Source of the DNA: Octopus vulgaris | Taxonomy: Eukaryota | DNA length: 64,000 bases | Reading direction: 5' to 3' | Assembly: GCA_951406725.2 (NCBI GenBank) | Contig: OX597838.1 | Coordinates: 15,438,001-15,502,000, forward strand | Shown: piece by piece, positions 49,463-63,555 of the stretch | Layout: the number at the start of each line of letters is the position of its first letter | Position numbering within the stretch: the first letter of the stretch is position 1 | The notes under the pieces: generated by a model | Told to the model about the DNA's origin: nothing | What the model saw: the letters and a program-made list of their open reading frames with translations, nothing else | Database searches by the model: none | Program-made: the position numbers and the translations under genes

Positions 49463-49900
49463 TGGTTTCAAATTTTGGCACAAGGCCAGCAATTTCAGGG
49501 GAGGGATAAGTTGATTACATTGATCACAGTGCCTCAACTGGTACTTATTTTAATGACCTTCACTGGCTGAAAGGCAAAGTCAAACTTGGCGGAATTTGAA
49601 CTTGGAACACAAAGGTGGATGAAATGCCACCAAACATTGTGCTTGCAAATGGTTCTGCCAGTTTGCTGCCATACTTTGCATCTATATTTTTTTCAAAATT
49701 TGACATAAGGCCAGCGGTTTTGTGGAAGGGGTTAAGTCAATTACATCGACCCAGTACTCAACTGGTGCTTATTTTATCAACCCTGAAAGGATGAAATGCA
49801 AAGTTGGCCTCAGCAGAATTTGAACTCAACGTTAAAGACAGACAAAATGCTGCAAAACATTTTTGCCTGGCATGCTAACAATTCTGCCGGCTCACTACCG
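49463..49900 (-). mobile_element. Two tandem A2 SINEs
   Basis: About 49463-49670 and 49692-49900, each starting ttcaaa.tttg..acaagg/ataaggccagc. Confidence 0.84.
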
Positions 49901-50168
49901 TATTCTCAACAGTAATAATGGCGATAACAATGGTGATGTGAAACAGTTTGCAGTGTGGCAATGGTGGTAGTGGTGCTGTCTTCATGATGCAGGTTCAATT
50001 CTTATTTGACCCATCTCTCCAGTAATTTCACAAGGGCTATGCTCAGAGTGTTTCTGCTGAAGCATTGACTACATTGACAATTTCAGTGACTGAAATAAAT
50101 AATTTAAAAGCAAGATTATATTGTATGGTATGGCCTTTTTAATCCATTAGGATATATAAACATGCATG

Positions 50169-50229
<61 letters not shown>

Positions 50230-51281
50230 TCATGTTTGTGCACACACGACAAACTTTGCACAGTTTCCTTCTATCAAATTTCACCTTACAAGGTATTGCA
50301 CAGTGCAGTGGTACCTGGGGCTGAGTGAACTTCTTAAACTCACAGTTTAAAAAGAATTCTTTTTTTTTTTAAGTCTTATTTTTCTTTCTTTCTATTCCAT
50401 TTCTCCACTCTAAGACAAACATACCTGGTGGGTGTGACTGTACCAGCTAGCTATTTAGCTCTTTTTCTTTTCTTTTTTTTTTTTGTCCTTTATATAAAAA
50501 TCTCTTCACTATTGGCTATTTTCTTTCTTAATGGCTTTGCACATCTATCATAACCAGAACCTACAGTGGTGCCAATAGTTTGCTATTTTAAGGAGCAATC
50601 TCTCACTCACCCTACTTTGCTTCTACTTTTTACTTTCTTGTCAAAATATCAGAAAGGGGTTACAAAGAAGTTCAGCCCTACTGCCTCTCTATGATGAAAC
50701 TCTCCTTGCCCTTCCTCTCAGTCTCTCTGTCTTTCTCTCTCTCTCTATCTCTCATACCCCACCCCCTCCTCCTCACTGACATGGTGACGCTGTGGCATGC
50801 TCTATTTGATTTGTGCTTGCAACAACTTATTTATTATATCCATATTTAGAAAAGGTACAAATACTCCTAGAGATAAGAGATTAGAGATAGAGTGACTAGC
50901 AGGACCCCTCCCCTGTACACACTCCTCTGTTTATATATTAAATATTCCTTGCATATTCTAAGTCACACTGATGAACTTCACTCCCTTCTGTTTCTCCCCC
51001 CCCCCCCGCCCATCTTGCTTCATCCTCCACCCTTTCATTTTTTTTTTAAACAGCTCAGTAACTAATCTCTTTTGTACAACAACAGTAAAAAAAAAAAAAA
51101 AGAATTAAAGAATTATTTTTAGGGTTTATTTTTATCCTTGATGAATTTGCCCCAATTAGTCTGTCCTTGCAATATCTCCTCATCTATCACATCAACCCTG
51201 TGGCAATAAAAGAAATAATTACTATTATTATTTTGGCAGGGATTAGAAAAAAATCTCCCCTTCCTATCAGGACAAGTGTAT

Positions 51282-51313
<32 letters not shown>

Positions 51314-52235
51314 TTCTCTAGCTCTCACCCCTCCCACACACACTTTATCTCCCTCCCTTTCACATCCTAGTTGAGTTACCGGCAACTCATTGGTGGGCAT
51401 GACATCAAGTGTTAAAGGTTATGGATTTATTTTAGGGGTCTGTAGGCAGTGAAATGTAACTCTATTGGGAGTTTAACTGGACTCTGTATCACTCTACTTC
51501 CCCCCTCTCTCTCTTTTTCACCCCTAATCTTTATAACTTGTTATTAGGTCCCCTACCTCATCCCATATAATTGTTGACATTTATAGCAAAGGCAGCCCCT
51601 GAGCCCCATCACACCATTTACCCCTTCGTTTCTTTCAATCTCCTCTTCTTTCTATTTCTACCCTTTACATGTCATTCGGCTTTCCATCCCCCACCTCTCC
51701 ATTATATGTATATATGTTGAAGCCTGTGAATTTGTTTTTGGTCTTCAGGCAAATCTCATGAGTGGTACATCACACTCAGCCTCAGCTTTATAATTCAGTC
51801 AGCTAAGAGCCCTATGAGGAAACTTGAGTTTCACTCAGTATTGATTTCAGCAGAATCTTTGAAATTGTTTATATTCTACTTCTAATATTGAGTATGTGAC
51901 TTTTCTCCTGTTTGTTAACATATGTGTGTGCACACACTACTTACCTGAAGATTAGAATGATGAAATTCAGTTATCGAATTTATTTATTGAAGCTGAAACT
52001 TCATATTTTATAACTCTGAGTTTCATGTCTTTGATCATCAGATATCCTACCTTCAGCAGAAGGGCATGTGAGATAATATAGTCCTGTAGAGCTCTAAATA
52101 ACAATGCTTCTAACCATAACACATGCAATGATGCATAAGCACATGCATAGCTGCTTTGTTAAGAAATTGACATAGTAACCATGTGGTTCAGGGATAAGCA
52201 TTATTCAGCAGATGACTTACTAAGATTATACATCC

Positions 52236-52491
52236 ACTGGCCTCCCTGCCGGTGGCACGTAAAAAGCATCATCCGAGCGTGGCTGTTCGCCAGCCTCGTC
52301 TGGCACCTGTGTCGGTGGCACATAAAAAGCACCCACTACACTCACGGAGTGGTTGGCGTTAGGAAGGGCATCCAGCTGTAGAAACACTGCCAGATCTGAC
52401 TGGCCTGGTGCAGCCTTCTGGCTTCCCAGACCCCAGTTGAACCATCCAACCCATGCTAGCATGGAAAGCGGACACTAAACGATGATGATGA
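52236..52491 (+). mobile_element. Family F retroposon, CpG-rich
   Basis: Reverse complement of the 27499 type; ends gacactaaacgatgatgatga. Confidence 0.86.
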
Positions 52492-52576
52492 GGGGTATTT
52501 CCCATGGCTTTACTTGTAACCCTAACCAGGTTCTTATTGGGTATTATACTTTACCAAAAGGAGGTGGTTTTTAGTC

Positions 52577-52915
52577 TACTATAATCCCAGCCCAATCAAA
52601 GCCTTGCAAGTGGATTTGGTAGCTGGAAACTGAAAGAAGTCTGTCCATTCATTCATTTCCCGTATGCTTGTGTATTTCTGTGTCTCTTGTCTTAACATCA
52701 TATGATGGTTGTAAATGAGCATTACTGTTATACAAGTGGTGTTTGTTTCCAATCTACTATGGAAACTTGTCCAGCCAGAGGGAAATATTATATTGTTTGG
52801 AAACAGGTGAGGGTTGGCAACAGGAAGGGCATCCAGGCATAGAAAATCTGCCTCATCAATTTTCATCTCATCCATGTATGCATGGAAAATGGACATTAAA
52901 ATGTTGATAATGATG
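52577..52915 (+). mobile_element. SINE family B2
   Basis: B-type gccttgcaagtggatttggtag..gaaactgaaagaag, then ggaaacaggtgagggttggcaacaggaagggcatccag. Confidence 0.75.
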
Positions 52916-54247
52916 AATAGCTTATTTGTATATTTACTGACTTCTACCTCTAGAAACCATTTTCCTATCCACTGACAAGTTCTCTCTTCCATTCTGTGTG
53001 ATTGTGACTGATGATGTGATTGAGTAGGGCATATCTAAGCAAGCTCAACTAGTTTAGCCACAATATTTTGATCTATATTGGTAGATTATTCAGTTATATA
53101 CTACTAGCCAGATAGGTTGTATTCATTTATGATCAATTCAGTGTGTCTTGTCTTCTTTGTTGCGACAAGGAGATATGTGGTTCAAGCCACCTCTGTGTTC
53201 TCTCTCGAACAGGAGCTTATAATATCTAATACAATTAATATTAAATAATAGTTTCAAATTTTGGAGAAGGGGATAAGTCAATTGCATCGATCCCAGTGCT
53301 CAACTGGTACTTATTTTATCGATCCCAAAAGGATGAAAAGCAAAGTCAGTCTTGGCAGAATTTGAACTCAGAATATAAGACAGATGAAATGCCACTAAAC
53401 ATTTAATATTATCAGTTTATTATTCATAGCGTAAATCATTGTTGAAAACAGGGTGCAGTGTATAAGTAGTTCATGTGTGGATGCTCCCCACTGCCATATG
53501 TGACGTTGCACATCTAACACATCCAAATCATAATGTAATTTAAATATTGATATGATCTTGATAACCTCTCACAAATTAAGTTATATGTTATGTAGAAAAT
53601 GTTAAACTCTGTTTAAGATCAAAAGATAGAATTTCATTTTAACCTTTAAAAATGCTAGTTTGTATATAATGTTATTCAGACAACAGTTATCTACCTCTGT
53701 CTATGTTATCTTATGATAAATGCTGTAATCTGATTAGTCAACAATCTGCTAAGTTGATATTACATGCCATGTTGACAGGTGGGATTATTCAAAATAACAT
53801 TTTGGTTAGCATTCCTGGATACCTAGTGATCTCAGGCCGTCACTCTCATCATTATCAGGTAGTCGTCATCATCACAGTTTGTCTGCCAAATTCATTTGCA
53901 AGGTATTAGTTAGTCTGTGGCTATAGATGAAGACATGCCACAGTCTTGCTTCGATCAATGACCATCAGTTCTTTAGATGCAACCAGTGGTTCACTTTTAG
54001 AACTAAGTGATCCTGGTCAATGTTACCATTTCCCAAAATCTTCTAAATTTCACCATTGATCATAGGATTATAGTTCAATTGATTCCTCCACCAAAACTGT
54101 ACACCCATTATACTGCTTCCCAAGGTTCTCATTTAGTCCTAATCTCTTACTTTAGACATGCTTGACTCAGTCAGACTTGCCAGAAGGAAAACTCTTGGTA
54201 AATCTCTTTTCATTGTAATAATATGCAAGCTCCACTACCATGATTAA

Positions 54248-54465
54248 CTCTTTAGCATTTAGACTGGCCATATCCAACCAAAATATTCTACCTGTTTTAT
54301 GTTTAAACTGGTTAGATCTAGCCTCTCACACCAACCCTACAATATCATTCTAAAAATTAAGTTACCTTATCAAAATTTCAAAGCTATGAGATAATGCATG
54401 ATTAATTCAAAATAATGTGAATAAATAAGCATTTCATTTGATAGAATAATGTGAAAGCTAAAGCA
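54248..54465. mobile_element. piggyBac-type MITE family E, diverged
   Basis: TTAA flanks; interior collinear with the 29061 copy. Confidence 0.82.
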
Positions 54466-54489
54466 TTAAGACAAGAATTATTGGTGACT

Positions 54490-54815
54490 GTATGGTGACC
54501 TATTGGTGACCTTGGAAAAGTGTCTCCTACTGTAACCCTGGGCTGACAAATGCCTTGTGAGTAATTGTATGGAAGCCTGTTGTATACATACATATGTATG
54601 TATGCATGTATGTATCTTTGTGTTCCCCCAGCTGACCAGGGTTCGTTTGATTACATCTCTGTAACTTTAGTAGTTTGGCAAAAGAGACTGATAGAATAAG
54701 TACTAGATAAGTATTAGATTTTAGAGTAATACATACCGGAGTAGATTTGTTCAGCTAAACCTTTCAAGGTGGTACTCCAGCATAGCCATACCCTACTGAC
54801 TGAAACTAATAAAAA
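54490..54815 (+). mobile_element. SINE family B, diverged
   Basis: gccttgtgagt..gatagaataagtactag..ctccagcatagcc..gactgaaac. Confidence 0.7.
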
Positions 54816-54849
54816 ATATGAGATAGTATCTACAGAGATTGATCTTAAG

Positions 54850-54995
54850 CTATATATCAGCAAAACTTGGGCATCACTTCAAATTATCAGGGTAATAGGA
54901 AAAGAGCTCTTTCTGCACAGTAGTTAAATCTGTGTTACTTTATGGCTCTTCCATCTGGAATCTAAGTAGATGACTTGAAGGAACTATGCCAGATG

Positions 54996-55045
<50 letters not shown>

Positions 55046-55290
55046 CTTTGTGCCATTTTGAACATGCCTTGGAAAAAACACCCCACTCCAAAAAATTTCT
55101 TTTTTTTTTTAATTTTCAAAATATCAAACATCATTAGACATGCTGGACACTGCTGGAGAAGTAATGGAGAATTGGTTTGCAACACCCTACTCTGGACACC
55201 TTGAAATAATCATAATTGCGCTAGCCAACCAGCAAATGCATATGTTATGTTGATCAGTTAACACATGAAACTGGTTGTCTTTGATCCGAT
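54850..55290 (+). mobile_element. Decayed RTE-group LINE 3' region
   Basis: HAGHCWRSNGELVCNTLLWTP; same lineage as the 20040 copy. Confidence 0.62.
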
Positions 55291-56819
55291 CAGGTGACCA
55301 CAACATCTGTTGTGGTTTAACTAAATTTTTTCTTCATTTTCTTTTTCAATTATTTTATACATAATACTTTTAGAGAACCAATAAGTCTGTCCTTTTTCAC
55401 CAGCATTTCCCCCATCAACATAATAATAAGAAATTTTAGTAAATTTTTGTATTGTTGTTTTGCTTTTATAAATTAAATGAAATTTCTTTGGTTTCTTTAT
55501 AAGTAATAATCTCTACAAAAAAAAAAGAAAAAAGAAAAATTATCATGAGGAACTCTTCACTCCCCATGCAAACCACTTCTTTTAAACAACATCTTAACCA
55601 TAAAAAAAGAAAAAGAAAATTGTCTTTAGCATATAACTGTTGCTTTTTGTATTTTTTCTTTCTAAATCATTTAAAAATTTTTTTTATTTATTCTCTATTT
55701 TATTTAACATTTTTTTTATAACCTATGAAATTAGTTTCTCAAAGAAGCTTTATAAATTCTTATCTCATTAAATTATAGAAAACAAATTAAAAAACATAGT
55801 TGGTGATGAGTGGATGCTGGTGGATGGTGGGTGGCGTTTAGGAGAAATATACAAAAATGACAACTAAGCTGTGTATGTAATGATAATGATAATGATGATG
55901 ATAATAATAATATAGCATTGTGGTATGTAGGAAATTGGAAATAATGTAAATGATGTAAACTGTAGTAGCAGCAGTAGCAGCTGCGAAAAGAAACTGTTGG
56001 AACTGTTGAAAATGACTGTTGGAACAGGGGTTGTTGGTGCTCTACCCTTATTGAACAGACCTGTAATTCAAGAGGTTCAGGACATGATTAAATCTTGGTT
56101 TAAAGTCATTATGCACCCAGAACTACATTATTTTTCATGTCACCTTCACTTTTTAAGATTGTAGGGTGTGTAGCACAGGAGATTTAGCTTCTATTTCTAG
56201 CTAGTCGACTGACTGCACAGAGCCCCCTCCCTCCACCTTCCATATCTTTTTGTGGCTTGTGTTCACAGTTAAGTGGAGGGTGAAAGAATTGGCAAAAGCT
56301 ATGATGTGAAAACTCTTTCTTGACCCCACCCTTTCACAGCTGTGTGTGAGAGAGCTGACGGAACAGCCCCAGTACTTTGCTAGCACTTTCTTGACCTTGA
56401 AAGGATGAAAAGCAAAGTTGACCTAAGTAGGATTTGAACTCAGAATATAAAGAGCTGGAATGAATACCACAAGGCACAAGATGTTCTGTTTGAATGCTTT
56501 AGTGACTCTGCCAGTTAGCCACCTTATGGCTCTTGTTGGAACAATAGAATTAATTGGGTATTGGTTGGCAGAAGTTCACCTTTTCACAGAATTACAAGAG
56601 CTGGTCCTTAACACTCACTGGTTGTCTTGTAGGATTAAGACTGGAAGCAATATATGAATTTCTCAGCACAGTCCACTGAGGACATGGACACCTCTATGGT
56701 AGGAGTGATGCCTTAGCAAAAATTCTGGAACTAATTTTTGTAGTCATGTGGTAGGAAAACCTGAGATCTCAACCTACAAACTACATCCTACAACAGAATT
56801 AGAGCATAATGTATTGTGG

Positions 56820-57035
56820 ATATTCGACACAGCAACTGCAGGCTGGAAGCAGCTTTGTGGCCCTGCACTTGATGGCTGGATGTGATTGGAGATGTGATTG
56901 ACATCACCTTGGAGGATGCAAAGGAGCTGGCAAAGGACCACCAGTGATGGAGAGCACTGGTGTACCTGGTCAGCTCTACACATGGTGATGTCTCTGGGAC
57001 CACTAACCTGGGATGACCCCCAACCCTATCAAGTT
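56820..57035 (+). mobile_element. RTE-like LINE 3' end, sister of 42660
   Basis: Shared tggagagcactg..acctggtcag.tctacacatg..gaccactaacctgggat.acccc. Confidence 0.68.
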
Positions 57036-57332
57036 AGAGCATGAAGCAAGGAAGCAAGTATTATGGATATACTGTGAAATGGGGGAATTAACTCAGATAA
57101 TCAGATTATCAAAGTTAACTCCCTCATCTCACAATATACTCATAATTCATATGTTCTAATCCGGTTTTTATTCAAAATGTTCATAAAACGGTTTTGTGTA
57201 ATTGATGAACCTGATGAGTGAATTACACAATTATTGCATTATCTCGTGAAATAATTGATAGTGTATCCTGTCAATTGTATCCTTATACTACACACACACG
57301 GACACTCCTACAACATGCACATATACTAACAT

Positions 57333-57750
57333 GCATCATCATCATTTTGATGTCCACTTTTTGTTTTTGTGTTAGCATAGATCAGATGGAATTTATAGAG
57401 GCAGATTTTCTATGGCTGGATGCCCTTCCTGTTGCCAACCTTCATTTGTCTTCCAGCAAGCAAATATTTATCCATAACTGTATTTGTTTTGAAGAGAGTC
57501 TGGAACTGAATGACACTGCTTGTATGAAGGTGACACTTGTTTACTGCTGTCACATGATGAGAGGGGGAGGCATGCGCATACTTGCACACATGACAGGTTT
57601 CTAGTTTCTGTCTATTGAATCTGCTCATAAGACTTTGGTTGGCCAGAGGTTATAGTAGAAGACATTTGTTCAAGATGTCACACTGTGGGTTTGAACCTGA
57701 ACCCATGTGGTTGGGAAGCAAATTTTTTAACCACACTGCCATGCCTGCAT
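57333..57750 (-). mobile_element. SINE family B2
   Basis: F-type tail ggctggatgcccttcctgttgccaacc joined to a B head ending ccacactgccatgcctgc. Confidence 0.78.
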
Positions 57751-58061
57751 CTGTGTCTATCACTGACAAGGTAAAATATCTCTGAAGCATTGCATCTTGT
57801 AGTCTATTGATGTCACTTGGAGCTTGGGGTGCCTTTGCACACAAAGTCTGCCAGGAGAAATTATTTCTGTGATAAAATCCTGCAACGAATACCATTCATG
57901 ATTTAGAGTACAGGAATGCTTTAAAAATAGATGTGCACATCATTATTTTGATTCTTGCTTCTTCCATATTTATACTGTGTGTATGGTGGTGGTGGATGGG
58001 GCGGCTTGGTTTCTTTAGGTAATCAAATGACGTAACCCCTTGCTTTTTCTCTCGGCGTGAC

Positions 58062-58108
<47 letters not shown>

Positions 58109-58128
58109 GTAGTAATAATAATAATAAT

Positions 58129-58165
<37 letters not shown>

Positions 58166-58327
58166 GTAATAATAATGGTAATGGTAGTAATAATAATAAT
58201 AATAATGGTAATAATAATAATGGTAATAATAATAATAATAATAATGGTAATAATAATAATGATAATAATAATAATAATAATGGTAATAATAATAATGGTA
58301 ATGGTAGTAATAATAATAATAATAATA

Positions 58328-58363
<36 letters not shown>

Positions 58364-58427
58364 GTAATAATAATAATAATAAATAATAATAATAATGGTA
58401 ATAATAATAATTAATGGTAATAATAAT

Positions 58428-58458
<31 letters not shown>

Positions 58459-58559
58459 GGTAATGGTAGTAATAATAATAATAATAATAATGGTAATAAT
58501 AATAATAATGGTAATAATGATAATAATAATAATAATAATAATAATAATGGTAATAATAA
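58062..58559. repeat. (AAT)n microsatellite with GGT/GAT interruptions
   Basis: About 500 bp; adjoins the tail of a minus-strand A2 SINE at about 58573-58748. Confidence 0.98.
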
Positions 58560-59693
58560 GAGTCATAATGGCCTCAAATTTTGGCTCAAGGCCAGCAATT
58601 TTGGGAGAAGGGGATTCATTGTATTGATTGCGAAAACATGAAAAGCAAAGTTGACCATGGTGGTATTTGAACTCAAAAGGTAAAGCCAGAATAAATGCTA
58701 CTAAGCATTTTTGTCCAGCATGCTAATGACTTGGCCAGCTCACCATCTTAATAATAATAATAACAACAACAACAATAGTAGTAGTAGTAGTAGTAGTAGT
58801 TGTAGTAAATGATTTTGTAACTTCAAAGCCTACTATAGTTTTTGAGTATTTTTAGTATGCCACACACTCATATCTTGTTAAAATAATGGAAATGTTATAT
58901 TTACTTATCCAACTAAGTAGTAACAAGCTTTAATCTTATCTTAATGGCTTTTTTTAATGGCTTTAATGTTGTTTCCTCTTTGCTGAGTATGACTCACCTG
59001 AATTAATTAAGGTACTTTATATTTGTAGCAAACTACAACTGATAAATATGACACTACAAAATACTGCCAGGTGGTTGGTGTCGTCACATTGTTCAGGAAT
59101 TTATTTTGCATTCATGTGGTTCCAAGTTCAATCTCACTACACAGCCTCTTGGGTAAATGATGTTGTTGACCCAAGACTTATTAGTAAAATTGGATAGATG
59201 GAAATTGTTTTGGAAGCTTGTCAAATAGACTGTACCTTTTCTTGGACTGTAAGCTTAATTGGTTGTTCAGTTTAATGGTCTAGGCCCTGTGGAGTCTAAT
59301 CTGTTGTAAGAATTGAAACAAAGTCCCTGGTTTGACGATAACTGTTCCCTTTTCCTCACCAATCTCCAAGGACATGTAAAAATGCCATACGTTCTTCTGT
59401 TCCTCCTCTAAACTAAAATGTAGCATTTAAGTTTTTAAGCATTAGATTATTATCTTTTACTTGCTTCAGTCATTAAAGTGTGGCCATGCTGGGGCATGGC
59501 CTTGAAGAATTTTTAGTTGAATAAATCGACCCCAGCATTTATTTTTTTTTAAAGATTCGTACTTATTCTATCAGTCTCTTTTGTCAAACCTCTAAGTTTT
59601 GGGATGTGTAAACACATCATCACCAGCTGTCAAACAGTGGTGGGGGACAGACAAAGACACACACGCACACACACACACAGATTTACATCATGT

Positions 59694-59900
59694 CTGGTAA
59701 GTTCACCATCACCAATTCACCGCAGGAAAGGCTCACCATCATCAATTCACCATTTTTTCAATAAAATAGTTTTTAATTATTAATAGTGAGATACTATGGA
59801 TATATTTTCTCGCCAAACTTTCCTTGCAGTGAACTTTCCTAATGGTGAATTGATGGCAGTGACCTCTCCTGTGATGAACTGATGGTGGTGAACTTACCTG
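59694..59900. mobile_element. Fold-back MITE with TIRs of about 60 bp built of ttcacc sub-repeats
   Basis: ggtaagttcaccatcaccaattcaccgcaggaaagg..caattcaccatt versus aatggtgaattg..tcctgtgatgaactgatggtggtgaacttacc. Confidence 0.75.
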
Positions 59901-60135
59901 TAATCGATACATACATACATACATACATACATATAGTTATTTTATATTCTGTTAAGAACATAGTAGAGTACAGTATAAAGCTCGTCCACCTTCAGATTTC
60001 ACCTTGTGGTATCCAGTAGCAGTAGTGTTATATGTACTTCCAGGTTTGCGCTTGGGTATCTGTTGTGTGTGAATAGGTAATTGAAAAAATAAAAATGTCC
60101 AGCCATACCCCTTCTTATTGACTTCAATTTTTTCT

Positions 60136-60519
<384 letters not shown>

Positions 60520-61416
60520 TGACAGGCTTCTTTCAGTTTCCATTGCCAAATCCATTCATATGGTTTTGTTCAGCCCGAGGCTATAGTAAGAAAACACCTA
60601 TCCAAGATGCATTACAGTAGGACTGAACCAAGAACCATGTAGTTGGGAAGCAAGCTTCTTACCATACAACCATACTTGAGCCTATTATTATGATAATATT
60701 TATTCTTGAATTTAGTATTGATCACATTTCAAGAAATGACACAGTTTATGTGCAAGTGGAGGACACAATCAGTTAACTCATCCTTAGAATATTTTATTGT
60801 ATCCATCCTAGAATGGAAGGATAAAGTGTAGTTTGTCTTATCAAAACCAGGTTTTTTTCTTCCCTTTACAGTTCAATTGTCAGCACTTAAGAAGGGGCAT
60901 CCATCCATCTAATCAAGTTCATTACAGTGGTCAGCACTGGGAAGGGACATCTATCCATCTAGCTATAAAATCAGGTCCCTTTCTCAGTTTCACAGTTCAT
61001 TGGTCAGCACTAAGAAGTGGCACCCATCTATCTCGCTGTAAAATCCACTGCTCTCACAAATAAACCATCATGCCGTACAGTGTAACATGGAATAATGGTT
61101 CAAAACTGTAGAATATCTCATAATCTGAAATAAACTGGTGTCTTCGGTACCGTGATTGGAATAACCAGTGTAACTAAAAACATACATTTCTACTTATTTT
61201 CGTATTTGTGTCATGTTGTTATTATTTCATCCAATCACATTGCCAATGCTTGCACTGTTATGCAAATTAGGCAGTCCAGCTTAATTCTGAGTTGGCTGTG
61301 TGCACTATAAATAGCCATAGGCTATTATTCTGTGGGCGGAAATGACTAACCTGATCACTGATGAAGCAATAATAAATGCTGATTGAACTTTTAACCTTGC
61401 ATGATTGGTGTAGCTC

Positions 61417-61479
<63 letters not shown>

Positions 61480-61537
61480 TGTGTTTGTGCATGCATGTGT
61501 GTGTGTGTTTGTGCATGCATGTGTGTGTGTTTGTGCA

Positions 61538-61574
<37 letters not shown>

Positions 61575-61583
61575 ATACACCTA

Positions 61584-61808
61584 TTTCTTTATTACCCACA
61601 AGGGGCTAAACATAGAGGGGGACAAACAAGGACAGACATAGGTATTAAGTTGATTACATTGACCCCAGTGCATAACTGGTACTTAATTTATCGACCCCGA
61701 AAGGATGAATGGCAAAGTCGACCTCGGCGGAATTTGAACTCAGAACGTAACGGCAGACGAAATACCGCTAAGCATTTCGCCCGGCGTGCTAACGTTTCTG
61801 CTAACTCG
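61584..61808 (-). mobile_element. SINE A1 with TSD
   Basis: 13-bp direct repeat gtgcatacaccta at 61571-61583 and 61809-61821. Confidence 0.93.
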
Positions 61809-62287
61809 GTGCATACACCTACCTGATAGTTGGTGTCTTTTCTGTATATGTATGTGCCTCATGGCTGATGTGTCTGTGTAGTTTCTGTCCATTGAAGGGG
61901 ATGGGATTTTTCATTTACTCTTCAGTCTGTCCTTTGGCTCTAAAGTTGTTCGAAAAGCCTCTTGCCGTGGTTATGTGATGAATATGAAGCGATGTTTGTG
62001 AATTTGAAACCTTGCTCTAAATAGAACTAACGCAAGACACAAATCAGTGAAAATACTGACTCACTAAATGTTATGTAAACAACTTGTTGTTTTGATTTCT
62101 CTGCCAAATCTGTGCAGCATTTGAAAATTTGTTTTAGTGTGGTTGTGATAGTGGCGGCAGCAAGGAGTAGATGAATAAGGAGTGGGTAAGGAAGGGAAAG
62201 TCGAGTGGAGGCTAGTGGTGGAGTGTATTTCACCACCTTTCCTTGATATTTCCTCCTCCAACTGGACATAGTAGCCAGTTTTTTTAG

Positions 62288-62472
62288 CCCTTTCGTTACT
62301 GTATTTATTTTGAGATGTTCTGTGTTTCTTTCAATTAATTTAAATATAACAAAGAATTTAGTAAAATAACTTAGTTATCATTAAGGTTTGGTGGAAGATT
62401 TTAATTCAAAACTTATGAAAACAAGATATTTGTTACTCGGAGGCGGTTTCGACCGGGTTGGTAACGAAAGGG
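62288..62472. mobile_element. Second piggyBac-type MITE family
   Basis: Perfect 12-bp TIR ccctttcgttac / gtaacgaaaggg; flanks ttag and ttaa. Confidence 0.8.
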
Positions 62473-62584
62473 TTAATGATTACTCTTGTGGTCCTTTTGC
62501 TGTGGCTGCTGCTAGTCCAGCACTGCTTACAGGTATGTTGGTTAGGTGTTATATAGACTACAAAGTACCTTGCCCTCTTCCCTA

Positions 62585-63170
62585 TTCTTTTATTTGTTTC
62601 AGTTATTAGACTGTGGCTATGCTGGAGCACCACTTAGAAGAATTTTAATCAAATGGATTGACTCCAATATCCATTTCTTAAAGCCTGGTACTTATTCTAT
62701 TGGCCTCTTTTACTGAACTGCCAAGTTACTTGGACGTAAACACACCAATATTGGTTATCAAGTAGTGGTGGGGGCAACACACACACACACTATGGACTTC
62801 TTTCAATTTCCACCTATTAACCCTTTAGCATTTAAACCGGCCATGTCCAGCCAAAAGTATTCTGCCTGTTTCATGTTCAAACTGGCCAGATCTGGTCTCT
62901 CAGACCAACCCTACAATATCGTTTTAAAAATTAACAGCTACCTCATCAAAATCTCATAGCTACAAGATAAGACATGATTAGTTCAAAACAATGTGGATAA
63001 AAAAGCATTAATTTTGGCAGAATGATGCGAACACGAAAGGGTTAGATCCACTCAAGGCTTTGGCTGGCCTGAGGCTATAATAGAAGAAACTTGCCCAATG
63101 TGCCATGCAGTGGCACTGAACCTGGAACCATGTGGTTGGGAAGCAAACTTCTTACCACACAGCCATACCT
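62585..63170 (-). mobile_element. SINE B interrupted by MITE E
   Basis: B sequence breaks at tttccaccta and resumes at atccactcaaggctttgg. Confidence 0.8.
62821..63041. mobile_element. piggyBac-type MITE family E
   Basis: TTAA|ccctttagca..gaaaggg|ttag; 221 bp. Confidence 0.9.
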
Positions 63171-63555
63171 CAGAAGGAACAATTTGTAGTAAGGGTGCTG
63201 CCCCACCCTATACACACTTGGGCATATGAAAGCATGCGGAATTAATTTATTTGATGCTGATGATTATGTATGTACTTAATTCATTCATTGGACTCTGACC
63301 ATGCTGGAGCAGTGAAGGATACATTTAACTGAATCAGCTCCAGTACTTATTTTAAAGTCTGGTACTTATTCTATTGGTCTCTTTTGCCAAACTGCTAAGT
63401 TATGGTGATATAAACACACCATACTAGTTATTAAGCAGTGAGAGATATACATAGCTACTTTTTCTAGGAGTGGAATTATCGTATAGAAGCTCTCTCATTG
63501 GCTGTGGGTTTTATTATTCGTGGAACTAATTACTTTTATAATCCAAGTCATGTAC

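Noticed and set aside
58057-58641. Poly-Asn / poly-Ile ORFs
   Set aside because: Translations of an (AAT)n microsatellite.
61355-61395. CTGATGA-agca-ataataaa-tgct hammerhead 5' half
   Set aside because: Good stem II, but followed by GATT rather than GAAA, with no stem III or stem I.
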